Positions 50,753-64,000 of a stretch of 64,000 nt of DNA are shown in pieces. The number at the start of each line of letters is the position of its first letter. Position 1 is the stretch's first letter. The stretch lies in assembly GCF_009914755.1 (NCBI RefSeq), contig NC_060926.1; one strand, given 5' to 3'. Both the position numbers and the translations under genes were made by a program. The stretch comes from the human T2T-CHM13v2.0 reference genome, Homo sapiens. Below the pieces are notes generated by a model that saw only the letters and a program-made list of their open reading frames with translations, was not told where the DNA came from and did not search any database.

Positions 50753-52092
50753 TTCAAGGGGCTCTGGCCCAAGTGGTAGTTTAAAGAGCGGTAAAACTGA
50801 TTCATTTGCTAACCCAAGGGATGGTTTATTTTACTCTAAGTTAAATTGTAGTTGCATAGAAATTTTAAAAATAGAATTTGAAAAATTATTAGACATTTGT
50901 CTTATCAGCACTAACAGATTCAAAAGAGCATTACCTGCCCTACTCCCTTATTTCAGTATTTTAGTAAACAAACTAAACTTTGTGTCTGTCATCTAGATGA
51001 AGGTTAGGCTAAATACTCCTGCAGTGTTTTCAATGTTTAATAGGCTTCTGTTCTCCTCCCCACTTCTGTTCCCATGCACACGTTTATAGAACACCCCATT
51101 TAAACTTGTTTCTATTAATTCTTGTTCCTTCCTTCCTTTCTTTCATTCAAATATTCAACAAATATTTACAGAGTTTCTGCTCTGTGCCAAGTACTAGGCT
51201 GCTTCAGTGAGCAAAAATAGACCTGGCCTCTGCTCCTGTGGAGCTTATGTTAGCCACAAGATCCCCTCTATGTGTGCAACCCAAGGGAATGGAAGGAACA
51301 TGTGTTCTAACTAGAGAGTCAGGGAAGGCTTCCCTTGAAGTAACACCTGAGCTGAGATCTGAAGGGAGAGAAGGATTCACATTGCTGAAAGGATGGGGCA
51401 GAGGGCAGAATATTCAGGAATAGGAAGCAGGATGTGTAAAGGGGCTAACGGGAATAGGACACACACTTCAAGCAGATGAAAGAATGCCACCAACTGGGGG
51501 ACGCGGGCAGATTGATCAGGGTCGTTGTGAAAAATGACAAGAACACTCTGGGAACTTTCATAATCATTTGGGCTTCAGATACTGTTTTACAAATAAGTCT
51601 ATATTCTGTGACGTGTAGGAAACATCTTAATTTTTAATATATATGGGACTGATTTCATTCTTAGGAAAACTAGAGAAAAAATACTTCAATTTCTTGAACC
51701 CCATATGTTTTAAAAACTATACCATAAGGAAAATACTTAATTCATAATTACATTTTTCTCTCCTTTTTCCTGTATAAGTAGTAGCAAATTCTGTAGTTCT
51801 GTAATTTATTGATACATAAACTAAAAAGTTCATACGTTCAAGTTTTACATTGAAGGTGCTTTCCTTCCTACTTGCAGGTAATATGCATTTCTGCTGCCTG
51901 GAGGCAGAGAGTGAGTCTGTGGACTACATATTCACCAGAGAATCTTAGTACTGGAAAGGGTGGCCAAGGCCATGTTGTCTGTCCTTTTTTTATCCTTTCT
52001 GTCTTCCTCCTCCTGTGCTGTCAGTTTTATTCCTCTTCAGAGGCCTCTGTAAGGAGGCTCATTGGTGAGCACCAATGTGTTTGGTTTTTCAG

Positions 52093-52195
52093 GAATTGAT
52101 GATCAGGGATATGGCCGAGGCTCTCACCCAGTGGAGGCAGCTGAACTCTCCTCAGGGAGATGTGCCTGAGAAGCCTAGGAATCTGGTCTTGCTGG
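52093..52195 (+). CDS. ZNF892: ZNF892 degenerate KRAB-A exon (103 nt), ELMIRDMAEALTQWRQLNSPQGDVPEKPRNLVLL
   Basis: tttcag| acceptor, G|gtaagg donor, residual D-x-A, W-x-x-L and RNLVxLG motifs. Confidence 0.9.
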
Positions 52196-52667
52196 GTAAG
52201 GATGGCTCCCCCAATGCCTGTGAATTTACCCAGTGTGGTACCTTGTCCTCCTCAGTTCCTAGGAGCTCCAAGGTCCTTATATTCAATGATTCTTAATTCT
52301 AGTAGGGCCTGAGACAGGCAATTTCTGCCTTTTGTTTCTGGATATAGTTTTAACACTCCTGGAATTAGACATAAACACCTTTATTTTATGGACTTGTAGC
52401 ATCCTTCTTCTCAACTCCTTGACCAAGGATGTGGAGACAAAGTGCTAATGAAAACAACTCTTAAGAGAATGGATGCTTATTCTTTAAATAGGGGGAGGTA
52501 AAATTGATAAGGGACTCAAACCCCTATCAATCTTCCTACCTCGTGAACACTGTTGAGGAAGAAATGGAGAACTGACCTCACTCTCTCCCTCTCTTACCAT
52601 GTTCCTAAAGACCAGGGAATGAACACTGAGGTCTTCACCAGACTCCTTTTTCTTTCCCTATGAATAG

Positions 52668-52757
52668 GGCTTCCAATTTCCACACCTGATGTAATCTCTC
52701 AGTTGGAGCATGAGGAAGAGCTGGAGAGAGAAGTCTCAAAGGCAGCCAGTCAAAAGC
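52668..52757 (+). CDS. ZNF892: ZNF892 KRAB-B exon (90 nt), GLPISTPDVISQLEHEEELEREVSKAASQK
   Basis: PDVISQLE motif; aatag| acceptor, C|gtgagt donor. Confidence 0.9.
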
Positions 52758-54782
52758 GTGAGTGTTGGAAACAGTGCAAGTAAAACCCAGATTGTCAATG
52801 CAAATGCTTGTGGAGGAGGAGCCTGTCCAGATTTTGCTAGACCCATGGAAAAGTTGAAGTCCCTGTCTCACCCCTATGCCACATCCTAGCTCTGTGGATG
52901 GTTATCTGTTTATAAAGTTATAATTTGATTTTTTAGAAAGTAAATACTTTCTACTCTTTCAAACCAATTCTTTTTCCCAAATAAGGTAAAATGAAACCAA
53001 CATTTTAATGTTTGTTAATAACTTGCTTGGGTTCAAGGCTCTAAAGCAGGATTTTTTACATGTGTTATTTTATCTTTGCTGGATGCCATTTTTTTGAGTC
53101 TCAGATCAATGACTGTAAATTCATCTCTGGGTTTTCCCTTGCCACCTTCTCTGTCTAAGCAGAGGCAGCATAGCATGATGGTTAAGACTGCAGACTTTGG
53201 AACTAAGCTTCCTTGGTTTAAAGCTGATCTTAGCTACTCATTAGCTTTGTGACCTTTAACAAATGACTTGTGTTCTCTGTGACTTAAATTAAAATGGGGA
53301 TAATGATAGCACAGAGCTTATACTGTTTTGGTGGTGATCAAAGGAAATAATCCAAGAGAAATGTTTTAAACAGTACCTGGCTATATGCTAAGCAAAGATA
53401 GCTATTAAGTCCTAGTAACTTTTTTGAAAGATGTTATGGATTTGACCCTGTTACTTCTGTCAAACTGGATTACTGCAAAAGACTGTTGGCTAATTATACT
53501 TTCTTTTACTCTTACCCTTGTAAAATTGAGGCAGCATAATACTGCTAGATTCCCCATTGAGTTGCTTACTCTGCCAGCTCTGTATTCCTCTACCTGCTTT
53601 CAAAGCCGTTGTTAGTCTGCCTAACTTTTTTGCCTTCTCTGTTCTTCAACTTGAACTCTTAACATCAGATAGGCAAGTCCCTCACTATCCTCCACTAACT
53701 GTGTGTTCATGAACATTTGGGGCTTTAATTTTTTCCACTCCCCTTAGCTGGATGTCCATTTGCTTTTAACCTATTCTACCTATTTGTCCTTTAAAATCCC
53801 AGGCACTTCCCTGAATATATCTAGTTGAGAACACTGTATTGTATTAATTTATTTCATGTAGAGACATGATTGGAATGGGTGTTAAAGACCATTTAAGCTT
53901 GGAAGTATTTAAACATTTTTAGCAATGAAGCTTTTCCCCCTCAAATTCTTACTAGGAAGCCCAGGAACTTGGGGTAGATATCTTGAGAGGTTGGGGACTC
54001 ATCTGAACACATGGAGTTTTGACCTTCCCCTCCCAACACACTGCTGTTTTTCTCTTTCTTTCCTTTCTCTCTTTTTTCTTTCTTCTTGGTTCTGTTTTAC
54101 TCTTTCCAGTTTGCTGGGTCTAGGGTGATGGTAAGCAATCAGAGGTGATTAGTTGCTTTCCAATTAATAAGCTTTGTGGTCATTTGAGTTTGTAGACCTG
54201 GACTATGTTGAATGCTAGCTTCTAGAATTTGTGTCTTATCTTGAGACAGTAGAACCAACAGATTTTTGTGAAAGGGAGATGGTTTTGAGCAATTAGTCTT
54301 TTAGCAGTGGTTGGGACATATTGGAGTAGGAAAAGATTGGTGGCAAGGAGATTAGCTAAAGATGGTCATTCTTGAGGCATGAAATGATAAGGCTCTGGTC
54401 AGATGGGTACAGTGAGTCTTTGGAAGACCATCTTTCTCTGATCCTATCTCCTCTAAAGGATCTATCTCCTCTAGATCCTTTTTTAAAAAAATCTGCTATT
54501 TCTCCATATCACCTCTTCTTAGTCTCATTCTGTTATTTTTTGTTATTTCCTATCCTGCTGCATAGAGGAATGTTGAGTACCTGCACACACACTCCTTTTA
54601 TGCCGTCGTACTTCTTTGTCCAGTCATCTTTTTTTTCTTGTGTTCTCTCAAGATTGCAAGACTATTTTTGAGAGCTTTCAAGTTCATGTGTTCCCTGTAA
54701 ATATTCCTAACAAAGAATGAAACAAACATGTCTCATTAATTTCCTACCACAGCAGTTATTTTTCTCTCAGTGTAGGAAATGA

Positions 54783-56078
<1,296 letters not shown>

Positions 56079-57417
56079 AGACTATGTAAATGTGGTACAT
56101 TCAGAGCATAGTTATTGAGCATTTACCATACTTGCTGTGGGGGTCTACAAAGAAATTTAAGACTGTGTTGCAAAAAAGTTATTGACAAGTCATTGCTGAT
56201 GTGGGAGGTAACATGATTAGACTGTGAAAGTATAGTTTTACATTTTTAAAAGTGTTCTGGCAGAGGACACTGACATTCCCTCAGGAAAGAGGAAAATTAT
56301 TTGTAACACCCTAACGTGTATGTAAATTGCCATATCCTTGGGAGAGAAATGGGGTGTGCCATGGTGGAAACGGGACATCTTGACTGTGCCAGGTATTTTC
56401 ATAATACTAACAATATAAGTTTTAAAGAGATAAGTTATCCTTTTAGGGAAGTTGCATGGGTAGAAAAAAGAGATCGAGAATTCACAATGAGTTTGTCCAG
56501 AGTCAGGAGTGGTGGTGGAAGGGAAGTTGTCCTTCATTCTTAAGTTTAAGGAGCCAAAGGAAGTAGAGGGAAAGGATAGAAAAAAAGAGCTAGGGGAATG
56601 AACCCAAGAAATGTTGATTATGAGAACTACTCAACTGAATATTCACAACCATGAGAAATATAGACTTGCTAGTTGGTCAGTTGAAAAGTTTCTGTGAGGG
56701 TAGCCTTACCCTGCAACTAAGGAATGTTGGCTGCAGGGTAATGCAGGGTGTTTGCTTTTGGACTTTTTGTCTTTTAGACCTTGCTTATTGAGACATTGCC
56801 TACTAAATCATGTTAATTCCAAGGGTCAAGAACAACAGCTTAGAAAATTGAGTACAGAAGAGACCTTTGATGTGTTCAAACTGTTTTAAGTTATCTGAGT
56901 TACCTGAGAATGTGCTTATTTACAAAGATTTACCTCAGTTGTATCTAGTTTGTACCTTAGATTTTTTTATAGCTTATAGTAAAGTTTAGTTGTAGATTTG
57001 CACTGACACTGCATATTAGATTATGAAAAACTTGAAAAGATTTTGAAATACCTTTTACCATTTTACTCTTGGGTAGAGGCAGGTGGCATCTTTTTATATT
57101 TTTTTCATTGAAACTTTGAAGATTATTGGACATATTATTTTGAGTGCAGTGTTTTTAATTTTAGGAAGTTATACTATGATGTATCTTGGTGTGAATTTCT
57201 TTTAGTTTACCCTGTTTGGGGTTTGCTTAGCTCTTCAATCTGTAGGTTTATGTCTTTTGCCAAATTTGGGAGATTTTCAGCCCTCATCTCTTTAAATACA
57301 TTTTAGCCCCCACCTTCTACTCCTTTTCTTCTGGGACTCTAATGAAAGAAATGTTAGCTCTTTGGTTGTAGTCTCACAAGTTCCTGAGGCTCTGTTCATT
57401 TTTTCTTGAGGATTTTT

Positions 57418-59445
57418 GTCTGAATCTGCTCAATCTGCCATAACAAGATAGCATAGACTGACTGAGTGGCTCAAAAAAATATGTATTTCTAACAGTTCTG
57501 GAGGCTGGGACGTCCAAGATCAAGGTGCCTGCTGACTCTGCTTCTAGTGAGGGCTTTCCTCCTGGCTTACAGATAGCTGCCTTCTCACTGTGTCTTCTCA
57601 TGTCTGTAGTGCATGCAGATGGGGGGCCAGTTGGGAAAGGGAGAGAGAAATAGCTCCCTCTTCTTATCAGTCCACCAGTTCTAGCAGATTAGGACTCTGC
57701 CCTTATTACCTCATTTAACCCTAATTACCCCCCTGAAAACCCTGTCTCCACATGAATTCACATTGGGGATTAGGACTTCAACAAAATTTTGGGGAAGAGG
57801 GGATACGTTTAGTCCATAAGATTCCACCCCAGCCCCCCACCGAATTTATGTCCTTCTGTGCAGAATACGTTTATTCCATTCCAACAGCCCCCAAAGCCCT
57901 AACTCATTCTAGCATTAGCTCTAAAGTCCAGACCTTCAGGTAAATATCACCTAAATCAGATATGGCTAAGACTCAAGATACAATTCATCCTGAGGCAAAA
58001 TTACTCTGCAGCTGTGAACCTGTGAAACCAAACAAGTTATGTGCTTCCAAAATACATTTGTGATCTGGACATAATGTAGGCATTCCCATTCCACAGGGGG
58101 AGAAATAGGAAAGTAGGAGGAGGGATGCATCCTGAGCAAGTCTAAAACTTAGCAAGGCAAATTCCATTAGGCCTTCGTTTCGTCAGATCTTGTGAGAATA
58201 ACCCTCTTTTGCTCAATGCTCTGCCTTCCAGATCCACTGGGGTAGTGGTCCTATCTCTGTGGTACTGCCAGGTAGCCCCTCTCCTAAGCCTCTGCAGGAC
58301 AATTCTGCCCCTAAGTCTTCAGTTGGAGGCTTTCTGTTCTGTTGAGACCAGGGTGATGGTTCCACCCTTTGAAACAGGAGGCATCCCCAATGGTCTCTGA
58401 ATTGCTTTCAGGATCATTCTCTTTTCTTGAAGGATAACACATATTCATAGACAAATGGCTCTCTAGTCTGGTTCTGTAGGATCTAAGAAGTCCTAAAGCC
58501 TGCCTTCATTTTATTTTGTTGTTTTTCTGTCCCCTTTAGTGCCAGGTGGCTGTGTTTCTGCTGTTATAATCCCATTTATATTCCTGGCTTCTCCTGGGGC
58601 TGCTAAACCCATCTGATCTATTTATCAAATGGTTGTTAAGCCACACTCTTAGTGTTTTCTTCGTAGCAAATTTTCCCATATTTTTGTGATATGGATAGAA
58701 TTTTCAAATCTCTTTAATTGTGCTTCCTTGTTTCTTAACAGTTCCTTTTTCACTTAATGTCTCTCCTCTCACATTTTACTACAAGCACTAAGGGGACCCA
58801 AGCTGCACCTTCAGTGCTTTGCTTAGAAATCTCCTAAATAAACAGTTTCATCACTCTCAAGTTCTGCCTTTCAGAAAACACTAGAACAGTTCAGAGAAGT
58901 TCTTTGCCACTTTATAACAAGAACCACCTTTTTTTTTTCCAGTTCTAATAACATGTACCTCATTGCCATCTGAGACCTTGCCAGAGTGGCCTTTAATATC
59001 CATATCTCTAGCATGTACCTCAAAACTCTTTTAGCCTCTACCCATCACCCAGTTCCAAAGCTGCCTTCACATTTTGAGGTATTTGTTACAGCAGCATCCC
59101 CCTTCTGGGTACCAAAATCTCAATCTGCTTGGTCTGCCATAACAAAAATCCGTAGACTGGGCAGCTCAAACAACAGAAATTTATTTCTCACAGTCCTGGA
59201 AGCTGTAAGTCTAAAATCAGGGTCCAACAGCGTTCAGTTCCTGGCTTGTAGATGGTTGCCCTCTCACTGTGTTCTCACATGACCTTTTCTCAGTGCATAG
59301 GTGTGGAGAGAAATTGGATTGGGACCCCACCTTTAAGGTCTCTTTTAACCTTAATTACTTCCTCAGAACCTATCTCCAAATATAGTCACATTGAGGGTTA
59401 GGGTGTCAACAATGAATTGGGGTCGTGGGGACATAGTTCATAACA
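57418..59445 (-). mobile_element. Complete MaLR element (MLT1A-like LTR - internal - LTR) inserted in an old antisense L1M
   Basis: Two homologous LTRs (about 57418-57822 and 59118-59445, both with TCTGCCATAACAA...ACAGT(T/C)CTGGA) around a 1.3-kb internal region; purine tract on the minus strand next to the 3' LTR. Confidence 0.75.
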
Positions 59446-59471
59446 GTTTTCTCTCTTCAGATTGAGCATTT

Positions 59472-59779
<308 letters not shown>

Positions 59780-62700
59780 AAGTATTTTCTGTTTTTATAT
59801 CTTCAAGTTCACTAGATCTTCCCTCTGTCCTTTTGATTCTGCTGTTGAGACCATCCTTGAGTTTTATTTCAGTTATTGTATTTTTCAGTTCCATTTGATT
59901 CTTTGTTCTGTTTCCTTGCTGAGAGCCTTTCTTTGCTTATTTTGTTTGTATTGAGCATGTTTGTAATTACTCATTGAGGCATTTTTGTGATGGCTGCTTT
60001 AAAATCCTTGCAGGTTATCCTAACATCTGTGTCATCTCAGTGTTGACATCTTTGGGTTATCTTCTCATTTAAGTTGAGATTTTCTTGGTTCTTGGTATGA
60101 TGAGTGATTTTCAGTTGAAGTCTGGACATTTTGAGTATTTTGGTATGAGATTTGGTATCCTATTTAAGTCTTCTGCATTGACAGGCCTCCTCTGATACCA
60201 CTGTGGTGGAGAAAGTGTTGCAGGGGGTGCTGCCTCATTACTTTAAGTTGGTGTTGGAAGTCCAGGTTCACCATTGACCTCTAATGACTCCTGGGGCAGG
60301 TGTCCTTAATACTGCTCGGCAAGGGTGGGATTTATAGCTCCCCACTAGGCCTCTGCTGACACCACACTGGCTGGGGAAGATCAGGAATGCCTTGTTATTG
60401 CTACTTACATGGCCTCGATTGACAGCATGCTGTGGGGTTGAGGGTAACATCATTACTATTGGGAATTGGTATAAGTCCTGACCCCCCACTTGGCTTCCAC
60501 TGAAACCACACCAGTAAGGAAGAAGAGAGATGGCTCTGGGTAGGGGGGACGCTGCCAGGGCAATGTGTGGGGAGGGGTGGGTTTTAGAAATCTGTCTGCT
60601 CAGTTGGTCTTCTCTGATACCACCCCAGGGTAAAGGTGGAGGACTGAGGAGCCTTGTTACAGCCTGGTGAGGGTGGAAGTATAGGCGTTTGTTGGCGGGG
60701 ATAGGACCATAGCTTTCTTCTGTGGTCTTTGAAGTAGGATTGTGGTTTTCTAAACATTTTCTGTCTTGCTAGGCTGCTCCCTTCCCAGTCCTTTGGCTAA
60801 AAAAAGCAGATTTTTCTTGGGGCTTTTTTTTTTTTTTTGGTCTGTGCCTGTTGGCGTTTCCGGGTTGCCAGCTTCTCTAGAACCCGATCTGGGATAGATG
60901 AGGCAATAAGAAAGCCCAAGAAAGTCACTGCTGTGTTCTTCCTCAGGTTCTGAGGTCCCTGGCCAGTCCATTCTCTCTCCACCTTTTAGAACTTTCTTAT
61001 GTTTGCTTTGTATATAATATCCCGGATTTTTAGTTGTAGTTAGTGAGAGCGATAGGAGAAAGTAGTGCTCCACCTTTCCCGTGACATCCTGGTGCTTGAC
61101 ACTGAAATCACACATCAAGTTGTGGTATATATAGGGTTTGTGGTATATAACCTAAGGGTTTGTGGTATATACAGGTCATTTGTCCTGAAGATAAGCTGCC
61201 AATTTGATAGGTAGAAACTATCAGCCTGCTTCATCTAGCTTTGAAGGAACAATAGTTTATAAATTGAGGAAACACCAGTATTTAATTGTAGGTTATAAAC
61301 TGGAGAAGAATAGCTATGACTAAGAATATAAACTATAGGGTTACATTTTTTTATTTGTATTTTTGTTTGAAAAACATATGAGAAGCACTGGAGAACTGGA
61401 CTCAGAATTTTGGATTTTTTTACAATTATATATTATGTACATGTGGCTATCTGTTCACTTTAATTTGCCATATGACATATGATATCATAGAGAATCAACA
61501 AAATAAAGAATGAAAATAACTGAGATTTGGGACAAGTCACCTTCATCCTTTGAAATCTGTTTCCTCATAGATATATGTTTTAAAATTTAATGCCTACTTG
61601 AGAATGATTGCAAGAGTTAGGTCGAAAATGGATGCAAATGTGGTTTGTAAGCTATCAGGTGCTACGTAACTATTAGGTATTATTCATATAGTCATTTAGA
61701 AGACATATCCATCATGTATGCTTCACAGTGGTGTAGCCCAATAAAAACAACTGTGAATATAATGGAATGAGGCTTTTTATCTTTTTAAGTAAGTTTTCTG
61801 GGATCCTGTTAAAATCTGCATCTTTTGAGATAATCATATGGTTCCTTTTAATCTATTAATGTGGTAAAGTACATTGATTTTCTGATGTTAAAGAATCCTC
61901 GCACTTCTGGGATGCAATTTCGTGATTTTTTTCTCCATCTCTGGGGGAGTTTGTGTCCCTTGAATTTTAGTTGCATTCATCTGTTAAACTGGGATTATTG
62001 TGTTTGTAGTGTGTGGTATGGTTGGTTTTAGGGGCTATTTAGATTTACTGTTTCTTCTAGAAAGTTGTAGGTTTTTCTAAAAATGTATCCTTTTTGGTCA
62101 TCGAGTTGTTTAAAATATTTTTATTTTCAAGTACTTGTTCTATTTGAACTTAGTCCCTTTTTTCTTTCCTGATATTGCTTATTTGTATCCTCTCTTGGTA
62201 ATGTTTCTAGAGATGTGTCAACTTTACTAGTCTTTTAAAATAACTGACTTTTTGAACTTTTGCAAAAATCAACTTTTATCAAAGTGCACAATAAAATTCA
62301 CCCACTTAAAGGTGTTTGCTATGTTTGACGAAGATATTACCCTTGTAACTACCACCATAATTGTGTGTGTGGTTATAATAGTTCCTTCTTCTCCTCCTCC
62401 CTCCCTCTCTCTTCCTCCTCCCTATCTTCCTCCTTCTCCTTTCACCCCTTTCTCTTTCTTCCTCCCTTCTTCCTTTCTTCCTTCCACAGTTCTGTCTTAA
62501 AATGACCTATGTAGACTTGTGTCACCATCACCACAAAGGGTACAGAACAATTCCACTGCACCAACAAATTCCACCTGTGCTGCTTTTTTTTAAGAGTGGC
62601 TCCCCACCCCGCATTGAGTATAAAGGCTTTGATTTTCATCAGTGTTGTGTCATTTATTCATTTTTATTGCTGAGTAGTTTTCCATGTTAGGTACCACAAT

Positions 62701-63700
62701 ATTCTTAGCCATTAACCCACTGAAGCACATTTAGGTTGTTTATAATTTTTAGTGATTATGAATAAAACTATTAGAAACATTAGGTTTTTGTATGAACATA
62801 AATATTCATCTCTGTAGGGTAAATATTGGAGTGAAATGGTTAGGTCATATGGTGAGTGTATGTTTACCTTTGTAACACAGGGCCAACCTTTTCCAGAATG
62901 ATTAATTTTGTTTTCCCACCAGCAACGTATGAAGATGTGGTTGCTCCATAATTTGCCAACACCAGGTATTCTCATTGTTTTTATTTTATCCATTCTAGTA
63001 GATGTGTAGTGGTATCTCAATGTGGCTTCAATTTGCATTTCCTTAGTGACTAATGATGTTGAGCATCTTTTCGTGTGCTTATTGTCCATCTGTGTATCTT
63101 TGATGAAGTGTTCAAATCTTTTGCCATTTTAAAAGAATTCTATTGTTTGTTTTCCTAGTTTAGTTTTGTAGTTTGTGGCTTGTCTTTTTATTCTCTTTTA
63201 TTCAATTTTTATTTCAGTGTCTTTTATAAAGCAAAGGTTTTAAATGTTAATGAAGTCCAGTTTTTCCCTCTATGGACCATACTTTGGTGTCATATTTAAG
63301 AACCCCATCCCTAACTAATGTTTAGGAAATTTTTCTTCTAGTAGCTTAATGATAATGTTTTTCACTTACATCCATTTTAGGTAATTTTTATATAAGGTGT
63401 TAAATAAAGGCCCAGCTCATTGTTTTTACATGTGGTTATCCAGATGTTTCAGCATCATTTGTGGAAAACATAGTGTTTCTCCATTGAATTGCCTTTGCCC
63501 TTTTGTCAACAATTGATTGATCATAGTTAAGCGGGTCTGTTTCTCAGTTTTCTGTTCTATTCCATTGATCTATGTGTCCATCCCTTTGCCAAAGCCACAC
63601 ATTGTCTTGATTACTGTAGCTTTGTAGTAAATCTCAAAATCAGGTAATGTAAGCCCTTCAAATTTATTCTTTTTCTAATTTATATGTTTCCACTGTCATA
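59780..63700 (-). mobile_element. Old antisense L1M fragments, with a CT-rich low-complexity tract at about 62380-62485
   Basis: T-rich L1 antisense sequence; ORF 62712-63089 resembles L1 ORF2 (KRCSTSLVTKEMQIEATLRYHYT). Confidence 0.7.
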
Positions 63701-63837
63701 TATTTGTCTATATATTATGTCAAGTTTTACTTTATATATTTTGACACTCAGTTGTTATCCAAATACAGGCTAAGAATTGTCAAATCTCTGGTGATTTGAA
63801 TGTTTTCCCATTATGTAGCAACTTTCTTTAAACATAA

Positions 63838-64000
<163 letters not shown>

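Noticed and set aside
50542-50996. Several ORFs rich in Y/I/C/V/M
   Set aside because: They are translations of the TATATG microsatellite.

Overview
Primate (human-like) genomic DNA, rich in Alu, L1 and LTR repeats, containing a small KRAB zinc-finger cluster on the + strand. I reconstruct two intact genes. ZNF2 has its promoter at about 5.9-6.5 kb and coding exons 16709-16741, 17964-18090, 20640-20753 and 21584-22587 (425 aa). ZNF892 has its CpG island at about 47.6-48.4 kb and coding exons 48291-48309, 49123-49211, 52093-52195, 52668-52757 and 54811-56078 (522 aa, with an eroded KRAB-A box). The gene names come from my recall of the protein sequences. The CpG island at the window start is probably the divergent ZNF514 promoter and carries a 23/24-bp GC-rich VNTR. 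Between the two genes lie three notable structures. (i) A dead tandem paralog of ZNF2 (29.0-33.2 kb) is split by a FLAM and a HERV-K LTR5-type solo LTR and is followed by an LTR13 solo LTR. (ii) An old SLC2A3/GLUT3-like retrocopy on the minus strand is split by an ERVL-type LTR. (iii) A nested Tigger3/LTR26-like/Alu complex shows parallel insertions and a templated duplication. I see no evidence of a new multi-gene system. The best candidates for undescribed biology are the LTR-bracketed ZNF2-paralog remnant and its still-open, phase-compatible exons. Repeat subfamily names and boundaries were assigned by eye and are approximate.
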